A DNA stretch of 64,000 nt. It comes from Patescibacteria group bacterium. Lineage in GTDB: Bacteria > Patescibacteriota > Minisyncoccia > Ryanbacterales > GWA2-47-10b. The position numbers and the translations under genes were made by a program. A model generated the notes under the pieces. The model had not been told where the DNA came from, searched no databases, and was given only the letters and a program-made list of their open reading frames with translations. Positions 29,666-39,117 of the stretch are shown here, one piece after another (position 1 is the first letter of the stretch; every line of letters starts with the position of its first letter). The stretch spans positions 72,815 through 136,814 of the forward strand of contig JBBTSE010000002.1 of NCBI GenBank assembly GCA_038064855.1, read 5' to 3'.

Positions 29666-30996
29666 GATTTTTTAGCGAGAGGGAAGGAGACGATAAATGT
29701 CGATCCTACTCCTTTCATTGATTCAAGTGCGATGCGGCCATCCATAGTCTCTACAATTTGCTTGGTGATCCAAAGGCCAAGGCCGGTACCACCAACGCTT
29801 CGTGTCTCCGCCGATTTGACGCGATAAAATTTTTGAAAAAGATTTTGCTGCTCATCAGCTGAAATACCAATACCCGTATCGCGTACGCGTATGACTACTT
29901 TTGATCCTTCTTGGGCGACAGTGACGATCACCGATCCCGCAAGAGTATATTTGATAGAATTGCCGACGATGTTAGTGATGACTTGGCGAAAGCGGTCAGG
30001 GTCCACCATGGCGCGTATTTTTTCAGGTTTGTCGTAGGTGAGGGTAAGATTCTTTTGTTTGGCACTTGCGCCAAGAGAGGTAACTGTTTGCTCGATGAGT
30101 GTCGTAATTTCATTTTCATGGATTTCAAATTTTGTCCGCCCTTGCTCGATGCGGGAGACATCCAAAATATCTTCGATAAGTCGGTTGAGCTGATCAATCG
30201 ATGTTTGCAAACTTTCTTTGGTCACCGCTCCGTTGTTGTTGGGGTCAGTAAATAAATCAATTTGCCAGCGAAGCGCGGTGACAGGTGTGCGAAGCTCGTG
30301 AGAGGCGATTGAGATAAAGTCATCTTTCATCTGATCAAGTTCTTTAAGACGGCGATAGAGTACCGTGTAGTCGACGATGCGCGCGTGACGCGCGAGTAGC
30401 AATATGAGTGCAACGATGATGGCTACAAGGAGGAGATAGGCGCGTCTAATATTTTGCGCCGACAATATATCGATATGCTCCATCGAAGTGTTAGTCATAA
30501 GATGGCCGAGCACTTGTCCGTTGGTATCTACAATCGCTCGAAACGCGGGGCGGTGGCGAATGCTGTTTTGTAATTCTTCAAATACCAAAGTCTCACTCTG
30601 TGCTCCCGCAAGCTCATAGTAGCCCGTATATCGGTCATCAATAGATCCAACCTCACGGGCGTTGTTTGATGCGATGATAGTGTGATCGGGGTAGCGTGTC
30701 ACGCGAGTTTCTATAAATGATTCGTTTTGGCGGGAAAATTCCGTGATGCGCGTATTGAGAAATTCTGTATCATCCATATGATTGCGCACGAATCCTACAA
30801 AGACATCATGCATCGTGCCGATACGATCTTCTTCAAGGCGTTCTTGATTGCGCGCGCTGACCTGGAGAAATTTTTCCGCGGTCCATAAAAACGCGAGGGG
30901 GATGACGATAACTAAAAAGAGTGTATAGACAATCTGTGGGTTGTCACGCACAAACGCAGCTCCACGCCCTACAAATCGTGAGAACGGATTGATCAT
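29662..30996 (-). CDS. Membrane sensor histidine kinase
   Basis: 2 TM, SHELRTP H-box, NSIKY, DTGIGI, GTGLGL. Confidence 0.95.
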   Translation of the reverse strand: MINPFSRFVGRGAAFVRDNPQIVYTLFLVIVIPLAFLWTAEKFLQVSARNQERLEEDRIGTMHDVFVGFVRNHMDDTEFLNTRITEFSRQNESFIETRVTRYPDHTIIASNNAREVGSIDDRYTGYYELAGAQSETLVFEELQNSIRHRPAFRAIVDTNGQVLGHLMTNTSMEHIDILSAQNIRRAYLLLVAIIVALILLLARHARIVDYTVLYRRLKELDQMKDDFISIASHELRTPVTALRWQIDLFTDPNNNGAVTKESLQTSIDQLNRLIEDILDVSRIEQGRTKFEIHENEITTLIEQTVTSLGASAKQKNLTLTYDKPEKIRAMVDPDRFRQVITNIVGNSIKYTLAGSVIVTVAQEGSKVVIRVRDTGIGISADEQQNLFQKFYRVKSAETRSVGGTGLGLWITKQIVETMDGRIALESMKGVGSTFIVSFPLAKKS

Positions 30997-32618
30997 TGCG
31001 GTGGTAGTATTGCCTGGGCGCGTCGTCGTCGCACAACGAGTCCAACGACGATAAGTGCTACGCCGATGGTAGCGGCAACAAGCGCCACGATAAATGAAGT
31101 TGGATGTTTGCCATAAATACTTGGTTTAGCGCGCGTTGTCTGGGCGACGGCGGGTGTCTTGGTGATGGCGTTTGCTGTTTTAATAAACGGCACCGGATCA
31201 CTTTTTGCGAGCACTGATCCTTTGCTGTTGGTAATGGTGGCATAGACTTCGTGTTTGCCGTCGGCAAGTTCTTTATCAAAGGTATACGCCCACGCGCCCT
31301 CCGCGTTTGTTTTTACGGTAACGACAAAAGGCGTGCTGAAGATATAGAGGGTAACGAGACTATACGGGGGCGCCTGACCAGTTACTATTATTTTATCTAT
31401 GGTTTGGGCAGGGGTGAGTATGGGTATAATATCGGCGACGACAAGAATCTCCGGTCGCGGCGTACCAGCGTTTTTTGGGCTCTCGTAGGAGATTGAGTTT
31501 GCTGTCGCGTTGTTCGGATCGTTGCTCGAGAAAATTTCTACGGCGTCATTGATGCCATCTTTATCCGTGTCTTTGGTATTTGGATTTGTTTGATAGATAT
31601 TTTTCTCGTCATAGTCTGTAATGCCGTCGCCGTCCGAATCTGGTAGTCGCAAGGTCTCTTGAGGACGGTTATCAATCGCTTCTATGGTTTTTGTAAGTAC
31701 ACTGACATCATCGCGAATGCGGCGCTTGATGGCGTCTTTCTCGGTGTTGGTGAATGGTCGGATGTATTCTGCGGGCGGTTCTTGTTTAGTAGGTGGTACG
31801 GGTGTGTGTGTAGGTTGAGCGGGTATTGGTTGTGTTGTCGGAGGGGGTGGTGCTGTGTTTAATATCGTTATCTCGCCAATTTTTGCCCAAAAAGAACTTC
31901 CGGCTGATTGTATTTTTGCACCAACACCATACAGACCATTGTCATATTGTTTTGTATCAAGATGAAAACGCCACAGGCTTGGATTTGTAGGAGCTCGTTC
32001 TGCTCTTCCGATCATACGACCTTCTCCTTCTGATAGTTTGCCCATAAAAATTTCTACACTATCAATTTCTTCTATGGATAGTGAGATATAGAGTGCGTCG
32101 TGCACGACGCCAGTTTGAGAGAGCTCGACAAAAACAGGTCGCGAAGTCGTTGGAGGTGGTGGCAGTGCAATCGTTGGCGGAGGCGGTGTCGTATTGCCTG
32201 AAGTGGTTGTCGTTGGAGGTGGCGGTTGAGTGGTCGCATCAGATCCAGGGCCGCTTTGCGTAGCGTTATGTATGATAACGGGCCGTGACACCTCGGCGCC
32301 GGTTTGGGTTCGTGCGATGAGCTGGTAGGCGCCATCGGGAGTTTGGGTGGTATCCCATACATATTCCCACCGATTTGGATCGGTAGTAGAGCGAGTAAGC
32401 TCTCCGAGTAATATTTGCGGTGGAGCTAAAAAGAGTCTGACTGGTCCAGGTATTGTGGCGAGCGTGATGACGCGTACGGGAACCATGCCGGACAGTTCGC
32501 CACCAGATATTTCGAGCAAAGGCCCAGTTCCTGAAGTTTGGGCGAAGGCAAAAAACCATCCACCAAGTCCAATTCCGGTGACGGCAGTGACGATAAAAAA
32601 TCTTGAAAAAGTGCGCAT
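30993..32618 (-). CDS. Large surface protein: Ig-like domains, Pro/Thr linkers, Ca-binding DxDxDG repeats, C-terminal TM anchor
   Basis: Signal peptide; WDTTQTPDGAY; DSDGDGITD/DTDKDGIND; TM plus RRRR. Confidence 0.85.
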   Translation of the reverse strand: MRTFSRFFIVTAVTGIGLGGWFFAFAQTSGTGPLLEISGGELSGMVPVRVITLATIPGPVRLFLAPPQILLGELTRSTTDPNRWEYVWDTTQTPDGAYQLIARTQTGAEVSRPVIIHNATQSGPGSDATTQPPPPTTTTSGNTTPPPPTIALPPPPTTSRPVFVELSQTGVVHDALYISLSIEEIDSVEIFMGKLSEGEGRMIGRAERAPTNPSLWRFHLDTKQYDNGLYGVGAKIQSAGSSFWAKIGEITILNTAPPPPTTQPIPAQPTHTPVPPTKQEPPAEYIRPFTNTEKDAIKRRIRDDVSVLTKTIEAIDNRPQETLRLPDSDGDGITDYDEKNIYQTNPNTKDTDKDGINDAVEIFSSNDPNNATANSISYESPKNAGTPRPEILVVADIIPILTPAQTIDKIIVTGQAPPYSLVTLYIFSTPFVVTVKTNAEGAWAYTFDKELADGKHEVYATITNSKGSVLAKSDPVPFIKTANAITKTPAVAQTTRAKPSIYGKHPTSFIVALVAATIGVALIVVGLVVRRRRAQAILPPQ

Positions 32619-32660
32619 GTATGCTATGCTTGGACTTACTATATTATTATATACGAATCT

Positions 32661-33251
32661 ATGAAACATCCGAAAGAAGAACGCACCTTTCTCTTGGTAA
32701 AACCCGATGGCGTAAAGCGCGGGCTTACCGGTGAGATTATTCGCCGTCTCGAGCAACGCAATCTAAAGATTATCGCCATGCAGATGACTGCTCCCGGTCG
32801 CGACAAATTTGATAATCACTATCCGAAGGATCCGGCATGGGTGACGCGTATCGGCGAGAAGACGCTTAATACTTATAAAAAATACGGCTACGATCCCATT
32901 AAAGAGCTTGGCACCGAAAAGCCCGAAGAGATTGGCCCTATGGTGCGCGGCTGGCTTCTCGATTTTATGGCATCGGGCCCTGTGGTAAAGATGATTGTTG
33001 AGGGTGTACACGCCATCGATATGGTTCGCAAAATCGCTGGCAATACCATGCCATCGAGCGCAGAGATGGGTACGATCCGTGGCGATTTTTCGGTAGACTC
33101 TCCAGCGTCTGCAAACCGCGAGAAGCGATCAGTACATAACCTTGTCCATGCATCAGAAACGCCTGAGGAGGCGGCACACGAGATGGCTCTCTGGTTTACA
33201 CCCAAAGAAATCCACGGATATAAGCGCTCTGAAGAAGATCTTACTTTTTAA
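32661..33251 (+). CDS. ndk: Nucleoside diphosphate kinase (long form)
   Basis: ERTFLLVKPDGV, GTIRGDF, NLVHAS. Confidence 0.97.
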   Translation: MKHPKEERTFLLVKPDGVKRGLTGEIIRRLEQRNLKIIAMQMTAPGRDKFDNHYPKDPAWVTRIGEKTLNTYKKYGYDPIKELGTEKPEEIGPMVRGWLLDFMASGPVVKMIVEGVHAIDMVRKIAGNTMPSSAEMGTIRGDFSVDSPASANREKRSVHNLVHASETPEEAAHEMALWFTPKEIHGYKRSEEDLTF

Positions 33252-33254
33252 CGC

Positions 33255-33650
33255 ATGACGATGGCGTCTCGCCTCGGCGTACTCCTGCTATCACTCGTAG
33301 CGATTTTAGGATTGCACGCGGCGAGCATCATGCCTGAGTACGATTGGTACAATCAATTTTGGTGGCTTGATTGGATACTGCATTTTGCCGGTGGCGCATG
33401 GGTAGCGTCTCTATTTTTAGTAGTGAGGGCAAACACACAGTCACTCACTGTCATAGGTTTTGTTTTTTTTGTCGGCATCGGTTGGGAAGTACTTGAGTAT
33501 ATGTTTAGCGTGCCATTTTTTGGCGTAGGGGAGGCGAGTTTTTCTGATTCGCTCTGGATTCTCGATACACTCATGGATCTTTTCTTTGATGTGAGCGCCG
33601 CAGTGCTAGTCGTCATGCTTGCGAATCGGTATACTAAGAGTAATGTTTAA
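33255..33650 (+). CDS. Membrane protein, VanZ/DUF2238-like
   Basis: D.ILHF.GG, WEVLEY, DTLMDL..D. Confidence 0.7.
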   Translation: MTMASRLGVLLLSLVAILGLHAASIMPEYDWYNQFWWLDWILHFAGGAWVASLFLVVRANTQSLTVIGFVFFVGIGWEVLEYMFSVPFFGVGEASFSDSLWILDTLMDLFFDVSAAVLVVMLANRYTKSNV

Positions 33651-34992
33651 AATTACTTTTTGCGGAGGAGCTCAAGAGGTTACCGGCGCGAACTATCTGA
33701 TCGAGACAGAAAAGACTCGCGTACTGGTTGATTGTGGTATGTTTCAATGCCCGCGCTTTTGCGCGGCACGCAATGCAAACGAATTTCCCTATGATCCGGC
33801 GACTATTGATGCGCTCTTTGTAACCCACGCGCATATCGATCATACCGGGCGCATCCCCAAACTTATTAAATACGGTTTCAAGGGAAAGATTTTTTCAACT
33901 CCACCTACAAAAGATTTTGCCAAGCTCATGCTCGAAGATAGTCTTGGCGTGCTTGAGAAAGAGGCGTCGCGCAACGGAGAGAAGACGATTTACGCCATGG
34001 AAGATGTTGAAGGCGCGCTCAAGCTCTGGGAGGCCGTGCCATACCACCAGCGTTTTATGGTGGGCGATATCGGCGTTACTTTTTATGAGGCGGGGCATAT
34101 CTTAGGGTCTCTCATGGTGCTCTTTGAGATTGGTGATAAAAAAATATTATTCACGGGAGACTTGGGTAATACGCCGATGCCGCTTCTCAACCCACCCGAA
34201 TCAATCGTAGGTGTGAACATGATGGTTATCGAATCTGCCTATGGTGACCGTGTGCACGAAGACAACAGCGAGCGCAAAGTAAAGCTTGAACGAGCGATTG
34301 AAGATATCGCAAAGCGCGGCGGCACGCTGATGATTCCTGCGTTCGCGCTTGAACGCACCCAAGAACTTCTCTATGAGTTCAATGATTTGATGGAGCACGG
34401 ACGCGTGCCGCGCATCCCCGTGTATCTCGACAGCCCACTTGCCATTCGCGCGACTGATGTCTATCGCAAGCACATAAGCTATTTTAGTCCCGACGCCAAA
34501 GCGCTCATTAAGGCGGGTGATGATCTTTTTCAATTTCCAGGGCTCCATCGCACGCTTACCACTGATGAATCGAAAGCTATCAATGATGTTCGCGGTCCCA
34601 AGGTGATTTTAGCGGGCGCGGGTATGATGACGGGCGGACGCATACTACATCATGCGAAGCGCCACCTCCACGACAAAAATAGTATTATTTTATTTATTGG
34701 TTATCAGGGCGCGGGATCTGTCGGGCGGCGCATTATGGACGGTGAGCGGCAGGTGACTATCATGGGTGAGAAGGTTTCGGTACACGCTGAGGTCCGTTCG
34801 ATCCATGGGTATTCGGCGCACGCTGATACTAATATGCTTTTGGATTTTGTTCAGCAAAATGTAGATACACTTGAGAAAGTATTTGTCGTACAAGGCGAGC
34901 CATCGGCCGCACTTTTTCTTTCACAGCGTATTCGTGACTATTTGGGTCTCCATTCGCATGCTCCACGCCTTGGAGAGGTCTTTGAGTTCTGA
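33643..34992 (+). CDS. Metallo-beta-lactamase/beta-CASP ribonuclease
   Basis: THAHIDHTG, AGHILGS, FTGDLG, FALERTQE, YSAHAD. Confidence 0.95.
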   Translation: MFKITFCGGAQEVTGANYLIETEKTRVLVDCGMFQCPRFCAARNANEFPYDPATIDALFVTHAHIDHTGRIPKLIKYGFKGKIFSTPPTKDFAKLMLEDSLGVLEKEASRNGEKTIYAMEDVEGALKLWEAVPYHQRFMVGDIGVTFYEAGHILGSLMVLFEIGDKKILFTGDLGNTPMPLLNPPESIVGVNMMVIESAYGDRVHEDNSERKVKLERAIEDIAKRGGTLMIPAFALERTQELLYEFNDLMEHGRVPRIPVYLDSPLAIRATDVYRKHISYFSPDAKALIKAGDDLFQFPGLHRTLTTDESKAINDVRGPKVILAGAGMMTGGRILHHAKRHLHDKNSIILFIGYQGAGSVGRRIMDGERQVTIMGEKVSVHAEVRSIHGYSAHADTNMLLDFVQQNVDTLEKVFVVQGEPSAALFLSQRIRDYLGLHSHAPRLGEVFEF

Positions 34993-35005
34993 TACCATTT
35001 GAGGC

Positions 35006-35587
35006 ATGGATACATCCACACACAATCATCTGAAACTCAAATTTTGTGTGTCAGGAGCGGCAGAAACAGGTCACTGTTCGGAAGACGCTCTCGACAAAGC
35101 AAAAGCAATCGGCCGTGAGATAGCACAGAGAGGAGGTATCTTGGTAAACGGTGCCACCACAGGTTTTCCGTACTGGGCAGCCATTGGCGCCAAAGAAGCG
35201 GGCGGGGCAACTATCGGTATCTCACCGGCGGCAACCGAAAAAGAGCATCGTGAGGTTTTTGACTTACCGCTCGATTATCTCGATATGATTATCTATACCG
35301 GAGCCGGCATGTCGGGGCGCAATTTGCTACTTACGCGCTCGACCGATGCCGTTATCATTGGTTGCGGTCGTATGGGCACACTCAACGAATTTACCATTGC
35401 TTTTGAAGACAAAAAACCCATTGGCATCTTGACGGGTACCGGCGGTACAACTGAATTGATTGACGAGGTCATCGCCGAGTCTCACAGAGCAAAAGACAAC
35501 CCGCTTATTGTGTATTCCGACGATCCTAAAGAACTTATAGACAAGCTTATAGCGCTTCTCAAGCGAGAAAAAGTAAGCACCGTATAG
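35006..35587 (+). CDS. LOG/SLOG family nucleotide-binding protein
   Basis: GATTG, GAKEAGG..IGISP, RN, GTLNE. Confidence 0.85.
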   Translation: MDTSTHNHLKLKFCVSGAAETGHCSEDALDKAKAIGREIAQRGGILVNGATTGFPYWAAIGAKEAGGATIGISPAATEKEHREVFDLPLDYLDMIIYTGAGMSGRNLLLTRSTDAVIIGCGRMGTLNEFTIAFEDKKPIGILTGTGGTTELIDEVIAESHRAKDNPLIVYSDDPKELIDKLIALLKREKVSTV

Positions 35588-35594
35588 GATTTCT

Positions 35595-36692
35595 ATGTTC
35601 CGTACGCTCAAAGCGATCGGACTGCTCGCGGGCATGATTATCGGTGCTGGTATGTTTGCCCTACCGTATACCATTGTGCGTGCGGGTATTGGTTGGTCGC
35701 TTGTTCATGCCAGTATTGTCCTGGTGCTGGTTACGCTCACGCACGCGCTGTACGCAGGTGTTATTTTAAAAGACCGCAGACACGCGCGTCTCCCTGGGTA
35801 CGCGCGCGAGTATCTGGGCGAGAGTGGTTTTTGGATAGCGCTCATTTCACGGTTAGGGGCGTATTGGGGGTTTTTACTCGCGTACGGTATTATCATTGGC
35901 GATTTTTTTGCGCACATCATTCCGTTGTCTGAGACAACGCTCGCTATCACTTTTTTTATTCTTGTTTCGCCACTTATTCTTTTTCGCCTCTCGCGCATCG
36001 GTACGATCAATTTTGTGCTTACGCTTCCCGAAGTGTTTTTGCCACTCATTTTCTTTTTCATATGGTGGCCGCAGTTTGATTTTTCAGCAGTTTCATTTGG
36101 AGGTCATGGCGATTGGTTCCTACCCTACGGCATTTTTCTTTTCGCACTTTCTGGTGCATCAGTGATACCAGAGGTTATTGACACGCTCGGCACCTCGGCG
36201 CATAAAAAAATATTTCCCGTGATCATCGCTGGTAGTGTGATTGCGATATTAATTTATGCCGCGTTTAGTTTGACGATTATCGGGCTTGCGGGTGGCGTGC
36301 CTTCGCATGATTCACTCTCAGTCCTTGCCGTGAGCATTGGTCACCGTGCGTACATCGTAGGGACATTGCTCGGGCTTCTTGCTGTCATCACTTCATACAT
36401 AGCACTCGGACTTGAGTTGAAGTATACCTTTGAATATGATCTCGGGCGTTCGTCGTATGTTGCGTGGGCGCTCACCGCATTTATGCCTCTCGCGATATAT
36501 CTTGCGGGTGTCAGAAGTTTCATTTTACTCATCGATATTATTGGTGCAGTCGGAGTTGGCGTTGAGGGAGTTATTATTGCGCTTCTCGCGCGTCGCGTGC
36601 TTGGTACCCAATGGATTATCGCAGGCGGTATTGCACTCGCACTTGCGGCCGGTGCCGCCTTTGAATTGATACGCACTACAGGAGTGCTATGA
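35595..36692 (+). CDS. Amino acid permease (aromatic amino acid transporter-like)
   Basis: GMIIGAGMFALPY, LPYGIFLFA, about 11 TM. Confidence 0.85.
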   Translation: MFRTLKAIGLLAGMIIGAGMFALPYTIVRAGIGWSLVHASIVLVLVTLTHALYAGVILKDRRHARLPGYAREYLGESGFWIALISRLGAYWGFLLAYGIIIGDFFAHIIPLSETTLAITFFILVSPLILFRLSRIGTINFVLTLPEVFLPLIFFFIWWPQFDFSAVSFGGHGDWFLPYGIFLFALSGASVIPEVIDTLGTSAHKKIFPVIIAGSVIAILIYAAFSLTIIGLAGGVPSHDSLSVLAVSIGHRAYIVGTLLGLLAVITSYIALGLELKYTFEYDLGRSSYVAWALTAFMPLAIYLAGVRSFILLIDIIGAVGVGVEGVIIALLARRVLGTQWIIAGGIALALAAGAAFELIRTTGVL

Positions 36693-37315
36693 CCAAAAAA
36701 GAATTGCTCGCGGACCTCGAGCAAGAAATGATAAAAGATACTACACTCCCGCTACAGGAAGCTCGCTTGGTTTTTGGTGAGGGCAACGAGGACGCCGAGG
36801 TTTTATTTATCGGCGAGGCACCCGGTTTTCACGAAGATCGGCTCGGCCGCCCGTTTGTTGGCAGGGGAGGCGAGCTTCTTACTGAATGTATCGGGAGCAT
36901 CGGTTGGTACCGAGAACAGGTATATATTACAAACATCGTAAAACGCAGACCACCAGAAAATAGAGATCCATTATCTGAAGAGATCGAGGCATACAAACCA
37001 TATCTCGCGCGTCAGATTGAAATTATAGGCCCGCGCATTATTGTACCGCTCGGCAGGTTTGCTATGAATTATTTTTTGCCTGACGCGAAAATTTCTCGTG
37101 ACCAAGGAAAAATATTTGTTGTCGGCAAGTACAAGGTGATGCCCATGTTTCATCCGGCGGCGGCGCTGCGCGGTACGACCGTGCTCAATCAATTTAAAGA
37201 AACATTTACAAAACTTCCTATGATCGTATCGGGCGAGGTTGAGGTAATAAAACCAGAAGTTACTCAAACAAAAAAATCTTCCGAAGAAGAATCGTCTCAA
37301 GTCTCTCTTTTCTAG
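36689..37315 (+). CDS. Uracil-DNA glycosylase family 4
   Basis: GEAPG, GRPFVG, RPPENRDP, HPAA. Confidence 0.95.
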   Translation: MTKKELLADLEQEMIKDTTLPLQEARLVFGEGNEDAEVLFIGEAPGFHEDRLGRPFVGRGGELLTECIGSIGWYREQVYITNIVKRRPPENRDPLSEEIEAYKPYLARQIEIIGPRIIVPLGRFAMNYFLPDAKISRDQGKIFVVGKYKVMPMFHPAAALRGTTVLNQFKETFTKLPMIVSGEVEVIKPEVTQTKKSSEEESSQVSLF

Positions 37316-37357
37316 CCAGCTCAAAAAAGCCTTAAAAATAGAGGGAAAGGGGGGACA

Positions 37358-37386
37358 TTGACATATTAGTTTTTATATAGTATAAT
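37358..37386 (+). promoter_or_regulatory. Consensus sigma70 promoter of the DGR target gene
   Basis: TTGACA-17 nt-TATAAT, exact consensus. Confidence 0.85.
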
Positions 37387-37548
37387 GCAGAAAGATCTTT
37401 AAATACTTACTTGCGAACTCTGCCACAGCAGAAAGCGCCTTATTCTTAGGACCTTTTCTGCTGTGGCAAAGCCGACAGGCGGTAATGCCAGCCCGTGTTG
37501 GGCAACAGCGTTAATCTAACTGGCGAAAACCGAAAAGGAGAAAACGCC

Positions 37549-38169
37549 ATGGACCGTCAGACTGGAAAGCTTATCTCACGTATCGCGGAGAATCTCCCCG
37601 ACATGTCGTCGGACATCATGCAGGGCTGGATTGAGAACCCGCGGGCACTTCAGAAGTTCCTCGCGAGCCTCAGCCCACCTGAGACATCACCCGAGTTCCA
37701 AACCTGGAAGACCATCAAGCTCGGCACGGGCCTTAAGACCGCGGACGATTTCCGTCGAGTACTCCGTGACAGCTGCCGCATCGGCGACGGGGCTTCGGAC
37801 ATTCTCGGCAAGCCCGCCTTCACGGTGTGCGACACCGAGATGGAGCTCGATCTCGTTCGCCCCTCGGTGGCCGAGCTCGGCTTCAAGGATGGCGCCACCT
37901 TCAAGGACATCTGCGAGCGGGGTCTCGAGTACGGACTCAAGCTCTGTCCCGCAGAAGTCGGCCCCCAGCTCCGTCTCCAGTACAGGGACCAGCCGTTGGG
38001 TGAGTGGCTCATCATCGCCATGAAGGCCATCCGCTACTCGGCCGGCGACCTCAGCGTGTTCAGCGTGGAACGCTATGACAACGGGCTGTGGCTCAGCGGC
38101 TACGATGGCAGCCCTGATTACTTTTGGTTCAGCCTCGACCGTTTCGTGTTCGTTCGTCCTCGCAAGTAG
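37549..38169 (+). CDS. DGR target protein (206 aa) with C-terminal variable region
   Basis: AAAGGAG SD before ATG 37549; last ~45 codons match TR; LCPAEVGPQLRLQY...RFVFVRPRK. Confidence 0.92.
   Translation: MDRQTGKLISRIAENLPDMSSDIMQGWIENPRALQKFLASLSPPETSPEFQTWKTIKLGTGLKTADDFRRVLRDSCRIGDGASDILGKPAFTVCDTEMELDLVRPSVAELGFKDGATFKDICERGLEYGLKLCPAEVGPQLRLQYRDQPLGEWLIIAMKAIRYSAGDLSVFSVERYDNGLWLSGYDGSPDYFWFSLDRFVFVRPRK
38030..38165 (+). repeat. DGR variable repeat (VR)
   Basis: 136-bp ungapped match to 38531-38666 (offset 501), 17 mismatches. Confidence 0.97.
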
Positions 38170-38256
38170 TCCTCGGCGCTGGGAGCCTTGGTCTCTGACC
38201 TTGGAGCCTTGGTCCTTGGAGAAAATCATCAACGTTGGGAGATAACGCTAAGCTCC

Positions 38257-38285
38257 AGCCCCATATCTATCGTAGATATGGGGCT
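38257..38285. other. Perfect 13-bp hairpin downstream of VR (DGR cis stem-loop and/or terminator)
   Basis: agccccatatcta-tcg-tagatatggggct followed by T-rich run. Confidence 0.75.
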
Positions 38286-38294
38286 CTATTTTTA

Positions 38295-38303
38295 TGCTAA
38301 AAT
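38295..38303 (+). promoter_or_regulatory. Extended -10 promoter for TR RNA
   Basis: TGcTAAAAT immediately after the hairpin. Confidence 0.55.
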
Positions 38304-38530
38304 AATTCTTGGCAGTAGGTGAATATGCGAGAGACCAAGGTTTCTTGCTACCGAACCCAGTATCCTTGCGCCGAGTGTATCCACGACCATGGTTTTGGGT
38401 AGGGTGGTGCATGAGAACTCTCAAAAAATGAAGATACTTGGTATTGCGTGCTAGGGCATTGAAGATGTCGAATACGATACAGCCCCGAGAGTATTCAAGG
38501 GGCAGTGGCACAGATGGCGCGCTTTACGTC

Positions 38531-38666
38531 TCCGCAACTCGGCCGGCAACCTCAACGTGTTCAGCGTGGAACACAATGACAACGGGCTGTGGCTCAACAG
38601 CAACAATGGCAACCCTGACAACTTTTGGAACAGCAACAACCGTTTCGTGTTCGTTCGTCCTCGCAA
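38531..38666 (+). repeat. DGR template repeat (TR)
   Basis: 13 AAY codons in VR frame; A at 16 of 17 positions differing from VR; A-free 3' segment identical to VR. Confidence 0.97.
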
Positions 38667-38672
38667 CTCTCT

Positions 38673-39117
38673 TCATTTCTCCCTCGCCTTTGGTAGGGAG
38701 TTTTGCTTGCCCTGAGGTTGCTCAAGAGATTTTGTAAGCTGCCCGTTCCATCCTCCGAGCATCTTGCCGATTTCATCTATTTTTACCGAAAGCGCGGTGT
38801 ATTTTTTGTTATCAAGAGATTTCGTTTCCCACAAAATCATAAGCAGTATCTTGAGCGTATCTGTTTTGCGTATCGCAAGACGAACATAGGGTCTTTTTTC
38901 CTCTCGTGCAAGGAAGCTTGCACTTGCAATCGCTTCGATACTTTCTACAAAGAGATTATCGATCCTTTGGCCAAGAGAATGTCGGTGAAGTTTTGGTAAC
39001 GCTTGGTAGTATTGATACCACAGCAAATATGTATTTTTTAGCTTCTGTAAAATTGGCAAAACCCGTTGGGGGGGGGCTTACCTGGTTAGTATTTTTATGA
39101 AAAGGCAGTTCACTCAT
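38673..39117 (-). CDS. avd: Avd-like accessory variability determinant (four-helix bundle); likely start 39117 is out of frame at a C9 tract, in-frame portion 38673-39059
   Basis: LPKLHRHSLGQRI, L...IDEIGKMLGGW; lies between TR and RT. Confidence 0.88.

Noticed and set aside
31780-32240. Pro/Thr low-complexity repeats as a DNA repeat element
   Set aside because: They encode linkers of the surface protein
38438-38776. ORFs over the TR (38438-38737, 38451-38666, 38594-38776)
   Set aside because: By-products of the non-coding template repeat; no start signals
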